Assembly (NCBI GenBank): GCA_050084985.1
Contig: JBITNC010000001.1
Coordinates: 53,072,001 to 53,136,000, forward strand
Source of the DNA: Nageia nagi
Taxonomy: Eukaryota > Plantae > Pinophyta
DNA length: 64,000 bases
Reading direction: 5' to 3'
The translations under genes were made by a program, and so were the position numbers. The notes under the pieces were generated by a model that was not told the origin of the DNA, ran no database searches, and saw nothing but the letters and a program-made list of their open reading frames with translations. Shown piece by piece: positions 23,851 through 37,089 of the stretch; the stretch's first letter is position 1, and each line of letters opens with the position of its first letter.

Positions 23851-26800
23851 TATAATGATCCAAAATGCAATTCAACCACACAATCAACAAATTCAATCGT
23901 AGACACCTTGATGTTAGGCCTTAAGCATCAAACACAAGCATCCAAACCCTTAATTTGGCAACGTTAGGATTAGGGCATCCACTTGAAGTATTATTAATGC
24001 AAATACACCAACGTCTACACTAGGCAAACCAATAACAATAAGCCACAACACACAATGCCAACGTTTGGCTTTCACATGCAAGATTAATCATTCACACCTC
24101 AACGTTGCATTCATGAGCACAATAGCAATATAATTTGAGATCCAGAAGCCCAATAATGGTATATATGATATTAACGAAGCAACAATACAATACCAAGCCC
24201 AAGAGGGCTGATGTTGGACTCCAAGGAGCCAACTAGGGCACAATACAAATATCCTCTCTCATCGGAATGATGATCGAACCATGAGATAGTATGCTCCCTC
24301 AGAATAAGAATCCTCCCCACCAAAAGGGCCCTCCTCAGATCTTGGAAACCATCGAAGGTAGAAGCAATACCTCGGAATACCATCGGATGAGCAAAGGTGC
24401 TACACCATTGCCGTAGACAGATAGGATCCCTCAGGTTGAATTCCCTCTAAACGCTACGCCTAGGAAAGGTTGCTTAGCACTGTAAGACTTGATGTCCATT
24501 GGACAATGAAGTAGTAATAATAATTAGTATCTCCAGTAATGAGGCTCTAGTGTCTATTTATACATTTGTTCTGTCCGGATCTCACCTAGGAGTCATCACG
24601 TGGCTCCTCTAATCTAATGTTGGCCTCTTGGGCATCCGAGATGTCCAATGTTAGTGTTTAAGGGATAAACATGTCAACGTGGAGGCTCGAGGTGCATTAA
24701 GTGGCAACGTGTGATCATGGGAGTGCCACACATGCCCATGTGGGTCAAGGGGCAAACGTGGGGTTTAGGTGTCTTGCTAATCCAACGTGGGGGTATTAGA
24801 GCCTCCCCAAGCCTGGCGCTAGCATATAAGTGGCCTTCCATCACTACAATGTACAAAAGTCCTTGGGATTCACACAATCATGTCTCAGGATCTCCACGTA
24901 TGATAAACACACCTATTCTAACCTTAGGAGGGAGATGTCCCACTTGCGGTTCATAGTGGGGTCCATTGACCCAATAAGTCTCCTATCCTAAGCTACAATA
25001 ATGAGATGTAAATACATAAATAAAGTATGTTACAAAGATGAACCTTTCGATCCCACTAACTGAACAAAAGAGGTGTCACAAAGCCTCCCCTCTCGAATTG
25101 CTTGTCCTCAAGCAATTTTAATGCTAGGTGTTTAAGTATTTCAGCTCCTTCCCATGTAGAATCCTCATCAGGAAAATCCTTCCATTTAATCAGGTACTCC
25201 TGAATCTGTTTGAATCTCAATTTCTTGACTTTGGTCTCAAGCACTCTATTTGGAATCGAGATTAGTCGCCCCTCATCATCAAGTGGGGGTAAGACAATGG
25301 AGGAGACATACTGTTGTCCCACGGCCTTCTTCAGGTGTGAGACCTGGAAGGTATTGTGAATCTTGCTCTTCGAAGGCAGCTCCAATTCATAAGCAATCTC
25401 CCCTGCCTTGCATAGGATCTTGTATGGGATGAAAAATCTAGGCTGTAGCTTCTCCACCTTCCATTTCTTGAGAGATGATTGTCGGAATGATTGCAATCGT
25501 AAATATACCATGTCTCCCACTTCGAAGCTCCTCTCCGTTTGGTTAGGATCATAGTACTTCTTTTGTTGGTTTTGAGCCATTTGCAGGTTCTCTCTCAATA
25601 CCCTCATGATGTCTTGATACTCTTGCAAAAAATCGTTAGCCTTGGGAGCCCTACGTTCGTCAAAAATCAAGTCTGTAAAGTTAGGAGGATCATAACCATA
25701 CAAAGCACTGAAAGGACATATCTTGATGGACGTGTGATAAGTAGAATTGTAACAATACTCCCCAACGTGGAGCCACTTGACCCATGACTGCTATTGTCTC
25801 GTCACATAGTGCCTCAGATACACCTCCACCCATTTGTTGATGATTTTTGTCCATCCATTTGTTTGTGGGTGGTAACTGGTGTTGGGGGTGAGATCAGTCC
25901 CACTCAACTGGAATAGTTCCTGCCAAAACAAACTCATGACCTTGCTGTCTCGATCACTCACAATCCTCCTAGGCAACCCATGCAATTTGAAGATCTCTCT
26001 GAAGAACAAGTTAGCCACTTGTTCAGCCATGTAAGTAGCAGTGATGGCAAAGAAATGGGCAAATTTGGTGAGTCTATCCACTACCACAAAGATGCTATCT
26101 TTGCCTTGGGCTTAGGGAGGCTGGTGATGAAATCCATGGACGTGCTTCAAGACATCTTGCTTCATTCCTTTCCAAGTAAGTCTCTGTCTCACGGCTTGGT
26201 AGGTCTTTGCGATGCTTGGATGTCCTGCAAGACGAGTATTGTGTAGTGCCTGTAATACCTTCTTCCTAACCTTGGAGTTCGGGATTAAGAAGATCTTGTT
26301 CCTCTTCAAAATCAACCCATCCTTGACCACATATGTCCTGTTCTTCACTACTCGCTAAGGATGCCAGAGGCAAACTCATCTTGCGTGTATTCAAGCATAA
26401 CTGTCTTCTTCCAATCTGTTGTGATAGAAGAGCGGGAGTAGAAAGAGGGTTTTCTAGACAAAGTATTTGCTGTGGTGTTCTTCTTCCCTCTGATGTACTG
26501 GATCTCAAAGTCAAATAATTGTAGTTTACTCACCCATCTCTACTGCTTCTCACTAAGATCTGTCTGGCTGAGAAGTACTTCAAACTGTTGTGATCACTCT
26601 AGATGATAAAAGGCTCACAAACCAAGTACTGCTTGAACCTCTCCAACACATGCATGATTTCCAACATCTCCTTATCATACACACTGAAATTCTGCTCTGC
26701 ACTAGGACAACTTCCTCCTTTCAAATGCAATCAGTTACCCCTTTTGCATCAACACTGCTCCAACGCCTAGTTTGGAGGCATCACACTCCAAGGTGAAGGG

Positions 26801-29800
26801 AACTGAGAATTTTGGTATAGCTAGGCAAGGATAGGTGCACATGACCCTCTTAAGCATCTTGAAGGCTTCTTGACCCTCATCATTCCAAATGAATGCATCC
26901 TTCTTGGTTAGTTGCGTGAGGGGGGCAACTAAGTGGGAGAAGCCACATATGAATCTCCAGTAGTAGTTACATAGCCCCAAGAACGCTCTTAGTTGTGTGA
27001 GGGACGTGGGAGTTGGCCATTCTTGGATGGCTACAATCTTTTGCTTGTCCACCCTGACTCCCTCATGACTGATTATGTTCTCTAGGTACAAGATCTCGGT
27101 CATGCCAAACTCACATTTTGACTGTTTGGGGTAAAAATTCTGCTTCTTTAGTATCCTCAAAACTGGTCTAGGTGACAAAGGTGTTCTTCCCATGTTTTGT
27201 TGTAGACCAATATATCATCGAATAAGATCAATATGAACCTTCGTAACTACTCTTTGAAGACCTGGTTCATGGCTGAGTGGCACGTAGCTGGTGCATTGGT
27301 TAATTTGAACAGCATCACCAGGAATTTGAAATGACCGTAATGGCACCGGAAAGCTGTCTTATGGACGTCCTCCTCCTTCATCTGATCTGGTGATATCCGA
27401 ATCTCAAATCAATTTTGGAGAAGTACTTGGCCCCATGCAACTCATCAATGAGATCGTCCACTCTAGGGATAGGATTACTGTTCTTGATGGTCTTCTTATT
27501 GAGTAATCGGTAATCAATGCACATCCTCATAGTCCCATCCTTGTTCTTGACCAACACCATTGAAGAAGCAAATGGATTGGAATGGCCGAATGAATCCCAT
27601 ATCTAGCAACTCCTTGATAGTTTTCTCTATCTCATCCTTGTACACCTTCAAATGCTTGTAAGGGGTGATCATAACTGGCTTAGTTCCTGATTCTAATTCC
27701 ACCGTGTGCTCAAACCCTCTAGATGGTGACAAACCCTTGGGTACGTCACCAAAGATGTCTGAATACTGATCCAAAATACGTTGGATCTCAGGCATTTACT
27801 CCTTGGCCTCCCTAGAATGCAACGTGGGTCTCCCTTGGCCATGGTGAAGATTCAGCCCCATTCCACATCTCCCTTCCAAACTATGGCGTTCATCTTTTGG
27901 CTGATATCATCTGTGTAACAGCCTCTAGTTTGCTACTGGTAGCTACGAATTGAAGTGTTAATTTCCTTTTTGCCTTCTTTCGATCCAAGGGGATATCCAC
28001 CTCTCTGACTCCCTCTAATCCAGACATTGGGGTCGTAGTTTGCTTTACCCCTCCAATGTTGGATTTCTACCATGCTACCACTCCATAACCCAATAGATTC
28101 TGATATAACTGAAAAGTGACATCTCTCTGAACTCTTTGGTAGTTCCTCGGTAGATATAAAGCAGGATTTCGATCTTTGGTGGCATCTTATACGGAGGCAC
28201 AGATCTGGGCTTCCATGTTTGTCCCTTCTTCTTGCTCATCTTCTCAGCATGCCTTTCCTCTAAGAACCATACAAGCCTCACCCTTTCTTCCAAAGGGACC
28301 TTGTTATTCTTGAATTTCTGAAGAAGCTAGCGGAAGACCACTTGTCCGTATTCGAAGTTCCTTACTTTGGCTGTAGAACTGGCTTCCATCCCCTCAAGTG
28401 GTAAGATCTTTAGCTATGATATCACTTATAATGATCCAAAATGCAATTCAACCATACAATTAGCAAATTCAATCACAAACACCTTGACATCAGGCTTGAA
28501 GCATCAAACACAAGCATCCAAACCCTTAATTTGGCAATGTTAGGGTTAGGGCATGCACTTGAAGTATTATTAATGCAAATATACCAACATCTACACTAGG
28601 TAAACCATAACAATAAGCCACAACACACAATGCCAACGTATGGCTTTCATATGCAAGATTAATCATTTACACCTCAATGTTGCATTCATGAGCCCAATAA
28701 CAATATAATATGAGATCCAAAAGCCCAATAATGGTATATATGATATTAACAAAGCAACAATACAATACTAAGCCCAAGAGGGTTGACATCGTCCTCCAAG
28801 GAGTCAACTAGGGCACAATACAGATATCCTCTCTGTTGGGATTTAGCATTCTATTTTATGTGAAGCAAATTAATTAACAACAGAAATAAATTATGTAGAC
28901 AAAAGAAGAACAGAGAATTTAACGAGGTTCACTCAACATCTTGGAGCTACATCCTTGGAGAAGCACAACACAGTAATTCTATTGTTCTAACAATTACAAA
29001 TACATGAAGGAAGAACCAAACAACAATCTTGCTGCAACACCCTCTCTCCATCTTCCAGCAGGTTTCTTAAACATGGATTTCTTCTTCACCCACAACATAA
29101 TCACTCCACCATGATTACAAGCAATTCCTCTTATCTTCTCTATGGAGGAATACATTACAAGGATGCCTCCATAGACATCCTTCCGTAATGCCATCACAGG
29201 CATTACCACACACTATCACCATGTGCAATGCCCAAACCTTGAGCATACTTGATCCTCTCAAGATCTAATCCAAGATCCACCATCATATGCTCCCATGCCC
29301 AACTTAGGGCATACACACTAGTCCAAGATCCTTCCAGGATTATTCAAAGATTATTCTAGGATACTCCATCATGCTCTTCCATGCCTAGCCCAGGGCAAAA
29401 ACATTGATCCAAAGGATACTTGATGCATATTACACTACCATATTTATAGGATAAATCCATACAAAAACCACATAGTAGTATTACAATACAATGAGCATAA
29501 AACCATGGGCTAAGACCACCCATTACATTTTGTCCAACTATATCCCCTGGAAAACGTATTTGCAGTCCCTATACAAACAGCCAACTTGTAGAAGCTATAA
29601 CTTTTGACTCAGAGCTCTATTTTATGCGGTCTTTAGACAGTTGGAAAGGTATGAATGTGTAGAAACTACATGTCAAATTTTGTCTCATTTGGAGCAGTAT
29701 AGGACCTTCGTTTGTCATTTGCACCAAAATGTAGTTGTACATAATATTTCCTTTACAAAGGATGAAACATACCCAACAGTTTCTCACTGGACTGATGATC

Positions 29801-30136
29801 AAACCATGGGACAATATACTCTCTCAAAATAAGAATCTTCCCCACCGAAGGGGCCCTTCTCAGATCCTGGAAACCATCGAAGGTAGAATCAATACCTCGG
29901 AATACCACCAGATGGGCAAAGGTGCTACACCAATCCCGTAGACAGACATGATCCCTCATCCTGAATGCCCTCTAGACGTTGCGCCTAGGAAAGGTTGCTT
30001 AGCATCGCTAAGACTTGATGTCCACTAGATGATGAAGTAGTAATCATAATCGGTATCTCTAGTAATGAGGCTTCAGTGTCTATTTATACATTTTCTTTGT
30101 CCGGATCTCACCTAGAAGTCATCACCTGGCTCCTCT
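23851..30136 (-). mobile_element. Degraded Reina-type chromovirus (Ty3/Gypsy)
   Basis: 3' LTR at 23851-25080 with PPT (CCTCCCCTCTC on +). 5' LTR from 28427, split by a solo LTR and truncated at about 30136. PBS remnant at 28413-28424. RT, RH, INT and chromodomain (EYLIKWKDFPDEDSTWE) at 25056-27900. Most of gag and the protease are deleted. Confidence 0.9.
28834..29778 (-). mobile_element. Solo LTR nested in the Reina 5' LTR
   Basis: Termini TGTTGGG...CCCAACA. The host LTR sequence resumes after 29778. The TSD is degraded (CTCTC/GTTTC). Confidence 0.8.
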
Positions 30137-31233
30137 AGTTGACCTCCTTGATCCATTGTATTACAAAGAGACTTGGTTCGCCTGGTTCGTTTAGACGTGA
30201 CTTAAGATTTTCAAACTTAGTCATTTTTTGAAGGATTTTGACCTTTGTTTTAACATGGCTAAGATCGGGTGAATGATAACACTTAGGCTGGGGATGATAG
30301 GCATGATACCCAAATAGGTGGAGCTTGCAAACACTCAAGATAAGGACATGATGCTGTACAGACCTTAGTTGCAGTGGGTCCCCAAAATCACAAGATTTTG
30401 GGGTGTGTTGTGTGAGTCACAACACAGCCTACAAGTACGACTATTAATATAAAGACCTATGGTGAAGTTGTAAGATTGTTGATGCATAGACCTACCATTG
30501 CAATTATTAATAAATAGGGCAACAGTAATCCTGGGGGCATAATCATTGAAGAAAATTGTAAATGCCAATGTATAGGTGTATGAGTCTAGGGCAAATCCTA
30601 TTGTCACATGAATCCTATTATTTATGTATACACGAGCAATATAATAACAACTATTACTATTTAAGTATAGGATGAAATATAGGCAATGCAATCCTTTTGA
30701 TAGCTTTCAAGCTTTGATATTGTTTATATGTGAATGATCATGGCTGTGAATGATAAGCTGATTGGAGGCCCCAATTAGTAATTCACTGTATTACAAAGAG
30801 ATTTGCTTAGAACGTTATGGGACACATCTGTACAAATGTGGCTTGATGAGGGTAATCTGTTTAGTGTCCATGTATCTTTACTGTTGAACATCTAATCATT
30901 CTTCAATCTTTGTAAGATGTTTTTGTACAGTTGAGAAGGTAGTCCATAGTAGGGGGCTTACGTTATGAATGGTTATAGCTTTTCATCAGGAACTTTCTCT
31001 TGTTTACTAGTAGGAATATCTTTTGATATTAATCTCAATGTAGGTGGCTCCTGCAATAACTTAATTGCAACATTACCTATGTGGTGGAATATCCCATTTT
31101 ACATAATGACATCTACATAAGTAATAGTTTCTTTGATGTAGTCTCACGAAACACTTAAATATGTGACTAGGAAAGTTATTCTTCTTTTTATATTTTCTTA
31201 TTTGCATTCTAAACTGTTATGAATGTTTTCCAG

Positions 31234-31292
31234 TTGAGCTTCCCAATGGGTTTTCAACTGTATCGATGAATCTAACGACAGATTGGCTATCT
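31234..31292 (+). CDS. Host gene coding exon 2 (59 bp)
   Basis: ttttccag| acceptor and |gtgagt donor. Continues the frame as VELPNGFSTVSMNLTTDWLS. Confidence 0.8.
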
Positions 31293-32187
31293 GTGAGTAC
31301 TCCTGATATATTTGTTCAATTTCTATATGTTTAAAAGTTATTTATGTTTTTAAATTCAGTTAAACATAGCAAATGTAATATTCTTTTCAAATCTAACATC
31401 TCAATACACAAAGTTATATTATTGTTATTACTTCACTAGATTGATTATGAAAAATGCACATTGTTTTTTTGTTTATGTTAGGTTTTTGTTTGACATATAA
31501 AAAGAGATAGTGTATATTATTTTCTACCTTGTAGGAACATGTAACATAATTAGTTGTACAAAGAATGAGCAAAAGAAAGAAATTTTAGGGCCCAAAAAAG
31601 CATACAAAATGCTGTAGGAACCCATAAGGGGATCCAAAAAAAAAAGGAACTAAATCTGAAGAAATAAAGAAAGAATTTTATTTATGTTTATGAGTGACCA
31701 ATTAGATAAACAGGACTCAAAATTAGGTGCATGAGTACAATAGACTGAATTAATCCAAAGGGTCCCAAAGCCAAAATAAGTCTAAAGCAAAATGATATTT
31801 CAACTTCATATCAAATGAAATGCAGTATCTATAGTATAAAACAATATAGAAGAGCAGAATATGTTCAAACATGTTGACACAAACTCATTCATTCAGTTTT
31901 AAACATTTTCACTTCTCACTTACCTAATCTTCTTTTTTAAGTAGCCAACAAAATTGATTGAACATTTTTTGTAGGGTAAAGAAATTGATGCTTAAAAATT
32001 AAGTCTAACATCTCATGACTGGTATAGAGATATAATATAATATATGCAACCAATAAGGTATATATTATATATCTAAAGAATGATAATAATATGAGTGTTG
32101 TGAATAAGTTTTAGGGCTAATAATATATTTATGCACAAAAAGGTATCTTGCAAAGGGACATATGTCTTTTCATTATTAGATAATAAT

Positions 32188-32987
32188 CAAGGGTCCACGG
32201 GAACAAGTTCCCTCCTTTGGAAGAGGCATTCCCGACATTCCCCTACTTTGGGAATGACCTTGGAAATGTCTCTCTGCCATTCCGTTTTTGGGAATGGTTG
32301 GGAGATGTTCCTAGGGTAGAAAAGTCGTTCCCTCCCAGTGCCCCCATTATGAATGCCTAGTCGTTCCTAGGAATGGCCAAAGAACGACTAGCCATTCCAG
32401 GGGCATACCATCATGCACCATTCACCATGCACTGCCATACTGCCACATCCATGCACCACCATGCAAAAGAACATTAAAGATTTGAATATTAACTTCACCT
32501 CCTAACAAAGTGACACTATATATGCATGCAAAAACAAACACTTCATTTTATACTGACTTTTGGCATTTTGATTTGACATATTTATGTCAAAGTCTAGTCT
32601 ATGTATTTACTTAGTACTATTTAACTTTACAATTTTTATTACTATGATTTCAAACTTCAATATTTCTGATTTGAGATTTCACATCTATCATTATTTACTA
32701 GACCCGTAATGACATTATGTGATGAGTATGTTTATAGTCTTGTGATTATTGATTATGGCTCATTTTGATATTTGATTCGTACGTTTTCTAATTTCTGTTC
32801 CAAGTTTTGTATACATGATTGAATTGATAATAATAATGAATTAAAAACAATGAAATTTCAAAAATCTAAAAATTCCAAGACTTTTTTATTAGTATTATAC
32901 TAGTCGTTCCCTAAAAATGACCTCTGTGTTCCCCATTCTTGGAATGCGTTCCCCCACCCCCTGGTTGCAGGACCTTGTGGAACCTTG
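32188..32987. mobile_element. Non-autonomous hAT-type element / MITE
   Basis: TIRs CAAGGGTCCAC / GTGGAACCTTG, 8-bp TSD ATAATAAT on both sides, and subterminal GGGAA/TTCCC repeats. Confidence 0.8.
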
Positions 32988-33708
32988 ATAATAATAATGG
33001 TTATTAATTAGATCTAGAACAAAATCTAATTGGTGGTGAATTATTGGGTTGTAGCACAAACATGATCATCATAAAGTACTTTAAAAGAATTGGTGCATGA
33101 ACATATGAATCTTTTCATTTTGGGAGTGTGGCGAAGGTTGATTGTGCTTGGATAAATAATGGAAAACATTCCAACATCTCAATTTTTACCAAGGATTGGA
33201 CCCCATTTATTAAAAATAGTACGACATGGATTCCCGCCAAATGGCTTTTGGAATATACACCCCCATTGGATGGAGACTTCTATTTATGTAGTAGTTGCAT
33301 TGTTGTATTGGTGTGACATGTGTTCATAGTTCTACATAGTCGCAAAACATTTTTATGGTGAGTTTTTTGTTTGTGCGTCTTTGCATTTTGAATTTTTCTT
33401 GACAAAGATGTTGGAAAAATGTACTTTTTTTCAAAGAGTTCAATTCTAAACCCTAAATTGGATTTGTGCCATCTTGAAATGTTAGAGAATGAAGGAGACA
33501 TCATCATCATCAATCATCCCAATTCATTTGATATATGATTTGATGATGTTTGTGGAAGGGTGAATAGAGTAGAGTGGATTATTGGGTAATCTTAAGAGGG
33601 CATAGATGACAACATCCCTAGTCTCCCCAACCATTGAAGGGAAATGATATTTTAAAAGATGATAAGAATCTAATGACATGTTTTTTTAGTACAATTACCA
33701 ATATCAAA

Positions 33709-35106
33709 TGTAATATCCCCAAAATAATTTCAAGTGCAAATTATCCAATTAAATATCAACATACACTCTTAAGCATGCCACATCTGAACTAGGGCATCAA
33801 ATACATGCAAAAACAAGCCAGGAATGCCAACGACTCACTTCTGAAGCATAAATGACACTAAACTGCCTAGTGTCATGCACAAGGGTTCATACACTTTACC
33901 AAACCAACTCAAGATTGCCAACAAATCACATATGCAAGCATAAATATGTAAAATAGTTCAACGTTGCACACATAGAATCATACACATCAAATATAGAGAC
34001 AAATACTGAGATCCAAGTATGCCACGGTAGTATTATTGATGAATAAATGAGTACAATACGAATCGGCCCAAAGGGCTCAACGTTGGCCTCCAAGGAGCCA
34101 ATTAGGGCATAAACTGAGTTGAGATAGACTCAAACTATGGTAGAACAACCACCTCCTACTAGTTTTGTGGATGCCTCATCGAAGGGCTCCTAGTCCCTTA
34201 CAGACTATCTCCTGATGAAGAAAATGGGTGTAATTCTAGAATGCCACCAAATGGATTCAAAGATGAAGATTGCTTGTGGACGTCTCAGTATAGGGCAGCC
34301 TCACTCACATGAAAAACACCTCAACCGTCTAAGACAAAGGGCGTCCTATGTCTCCTGTGCTTTCCTTGTGCGCTACGCTCAAGGGTGCTTGACACCACCA
34401 AGACTTTGGTAGCTCCGAAGAGAAGGGTTTCAATATCAAAATCAAGTCTATCTCTGGATTGAGGCTTCTTAGCCTTATGTAGCTCATCAATGGATTTGGA
34501 TCTCACCTCAAAGTCATCACCCAACCCTCCTGTCTCAACTTGGGCTTCCTAGAAGCCCCACAAAGCCCAACGAAGGTGCATAGGGGTCAAACAAGGCCCA
34601 ACGTGGGTATTTGGGCCATCCTCATGCTTGAGGGTTCTCATGCTCAACATGGGTGCTTGGGAGTCATCCATGCCACGTGGGGATCAAAGAAAGCATGTGT
34701 GGGTGTCTTGGGATCATAATGAGCCAACATGGGATCTAGAATGCATGCGTGGGTGTCTAGGAGTCATCATGGGCCAATCTGGGGGTCTAGGAGTCTCCCC
34801 AAGGTTGGGGCATGTGTACAAGTGCTCCCAAATCCAATGTTGGGGCAAATCCATGCTCTAGTGTCATCTAGGTGCTAAAAAGGACTTGGGATTTCCACAA
34901 TCATCTTTAGGATTTCCAAGTGTATTAAATGACAAATAATATATCCAAACTTGGGAGAAAAATGTCCCTCATGGGGCTCACAAGTGGGTACAATGGACCT
35001 TTATAATTCTATCCCAAGGAATTAACAATAATTATGTGAGAAAGTAAATATTTACAAAAAGGGAATCCTTAGGATTTTAAAATTAATTAATTTAGGGAAT
35101 GTTACA
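33709..35106 (-). mobile_element. Solo LTR (Gypsy, related to the 23851 LTR)
   Basis: TGTAATA...TGTTACA termini, perfect TSD TCAAA, and blocks shared with 24200-24960 (ctccaaggagccaa, gggatt..cacaatca). Confidence 0.9.
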
Positions 35107-35149
35107 TCAAATTAATAAACAAATTGTATATTTCTCAACAAACTATCTT

Positions 35150-36600
35150 GGTTTTGTTAGGATCTCCATTCAAACAGATGCTAGAACTTACAAGAAGCAT
35201 CTTTTGGAAGCGCATTATTCTCAATGGATTGTTTTGTTTCCTAGATATTATAGGGCTTACCTATTTCACTCATAGTGGTGAGGCCAATGTTGTGGACTAT
35301 GCTCGGTCTTCACCACCACTGTCATCCCATATATTTCTCACTTTAATGTCTTTGATCATCCTCCTCCTCTTATCGATCACTCTGTAATCTCTCACTATCT
35401 CCACTATTCCTCACTATCTCCACTATTCCTATTAATCCACCATCCACTTCCTCCACCCCCACTCCTTGGGTTATTGTAGAATTTGACTACAACTATTCGA
35501 TAGCCTATATGGATAGTTTGTGTTAGATTTTTCCTAGGCCCTCACCTCTCCCTATCATTGCTGATTGTTCTACCATCTTAGTCCAAGCAATTTGGAGTGT
35601 TGCGATGGACTTTTACCCCTACACTATTCTCCACTCTTCCTATCCATGCCCCTAGGTCATTGTCCCATGAACATATGGTATGACACGGATTGTAAATCTA
35701 TCCCTAGAGACCAGGTCAACATGTGATCAATATTTCACTTGGAACACTCACGTTTCATCCCTTTATACCATCCTTGATCAACCTCCTATTAGGGTTCCCT
35801 CCCTCCTACTTCCCACCACCTGTTATATACTGGACTTATTAGGTTGGCTATTAGAAAAATTTACATGAGAAAAAACAACAAATTTGGACCCGTTATAGGT
35901 GCAATTTATGAGGCATGGTATCTATTCGTTTGTTATACTTCTAACCGATCTCTCCAAGCTACTTGCTTATTTGGGTTTCCTTGACTCTTGGACTCAACAT
36001 GTCATCCACCCCATCCATAAGATGGGAGACTCACATGAACCCAACAATTACATAACCATCATGATTGGACATGTCTTTGATGTGCTTTATACCACATTAG
36101 ATGTGCTTCTTTGTCACAGGTTGGAGAAGGGACACAGGGCCACATGGCAAGTAGTTTTTCAATAAGACCAGCCAACCACATATCATATCCTAGTCCTTAG
36201 GACTATTATTGAGGAGGCGCGTTCCAACACTTCGAGAGTCTATTGCTGCTTTGTTGACTTCAAGAAAGCTTTTGACATAATACCTTCGCATGTGCTACTT
36301 TAGAGGCTTCTGTTGGCTAGCATCTCTAGATAGCTTTTGACAATAGTGTCATGGTTGTATGACATAGTGATAGGTCATTTTCTCTATCCATAAGGACTTT
36401 TAGATAGCATTCTCAACACCATAGGAGTGAAACAAGGTTGCCTCCTTTCTCCGACACTCGTTGGGATGTTTATAGGCGAGTTTGATTCATTTATTCGAGG
36501 GAACACACATGATTCATTTACTTGCTCCACCATGTACCTATTTCTATCCTTCTCTTTGCCAATTATGTTGTCCTTCTGGCATCGACCCCTAAGGTGCCTT
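35150..36600 (+). mobile_element. Non-LTR retrotransposon remnant (RTE-like endonuclease end and RT)
   Basis: ILNG..TYFTHSGEANVVDY, IHPIHKMGD..PNNY, HILVLRTIIEE..CCFVDFKKAFD, GVKQGCLLSPTL. Confidence 0.8.
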
Positions 36601-37089
36601 GGTGAGGAGATATATTTGAAAAAAAGGAACTGAATTTTTGCCTCCATAAAATTGAAGAAGCATAATAACTTTTAAAAAAAGTTATCAAATTTTATTTTTG
36701 AGGAATTTATCAAACTTTGGAAGCTCATAAAAATATTCAAAGTTATAAAATCCTCAAGGAACACCATTTGGTGCATTGGCAAGGCATCACATTTGTGAAA
36801 AGGAGGTCTCAAGTTCCAAACACCTCCATATACCTTAAAATAATTTTTTTTGATATTTACTTAAATGTTTTAGGCATATGATCAAACTTAAAGGTATTTA
36901 AATATTTTTTGAGCCAATCTCATTCAATTAATACCTTGGAAGTCTATTATTTGAAGAAAATTGTTAAATTTGAAAAGGGAGCTCAATTTTTTGCACATTC
37001 CAACAAGAGTGATTCTTTTGCAAATCGGTGAAATTGAAGATTGAAACTTGAAAAATAAAGATGGCCTAGATAGCCTTGAAAATTTTTCT

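Noticed and set aside
33080-33700. Decayed minus-strand ORF with a zinc-knuckle-like pattern
   Set aside because: Too degenerate to assign to a family.
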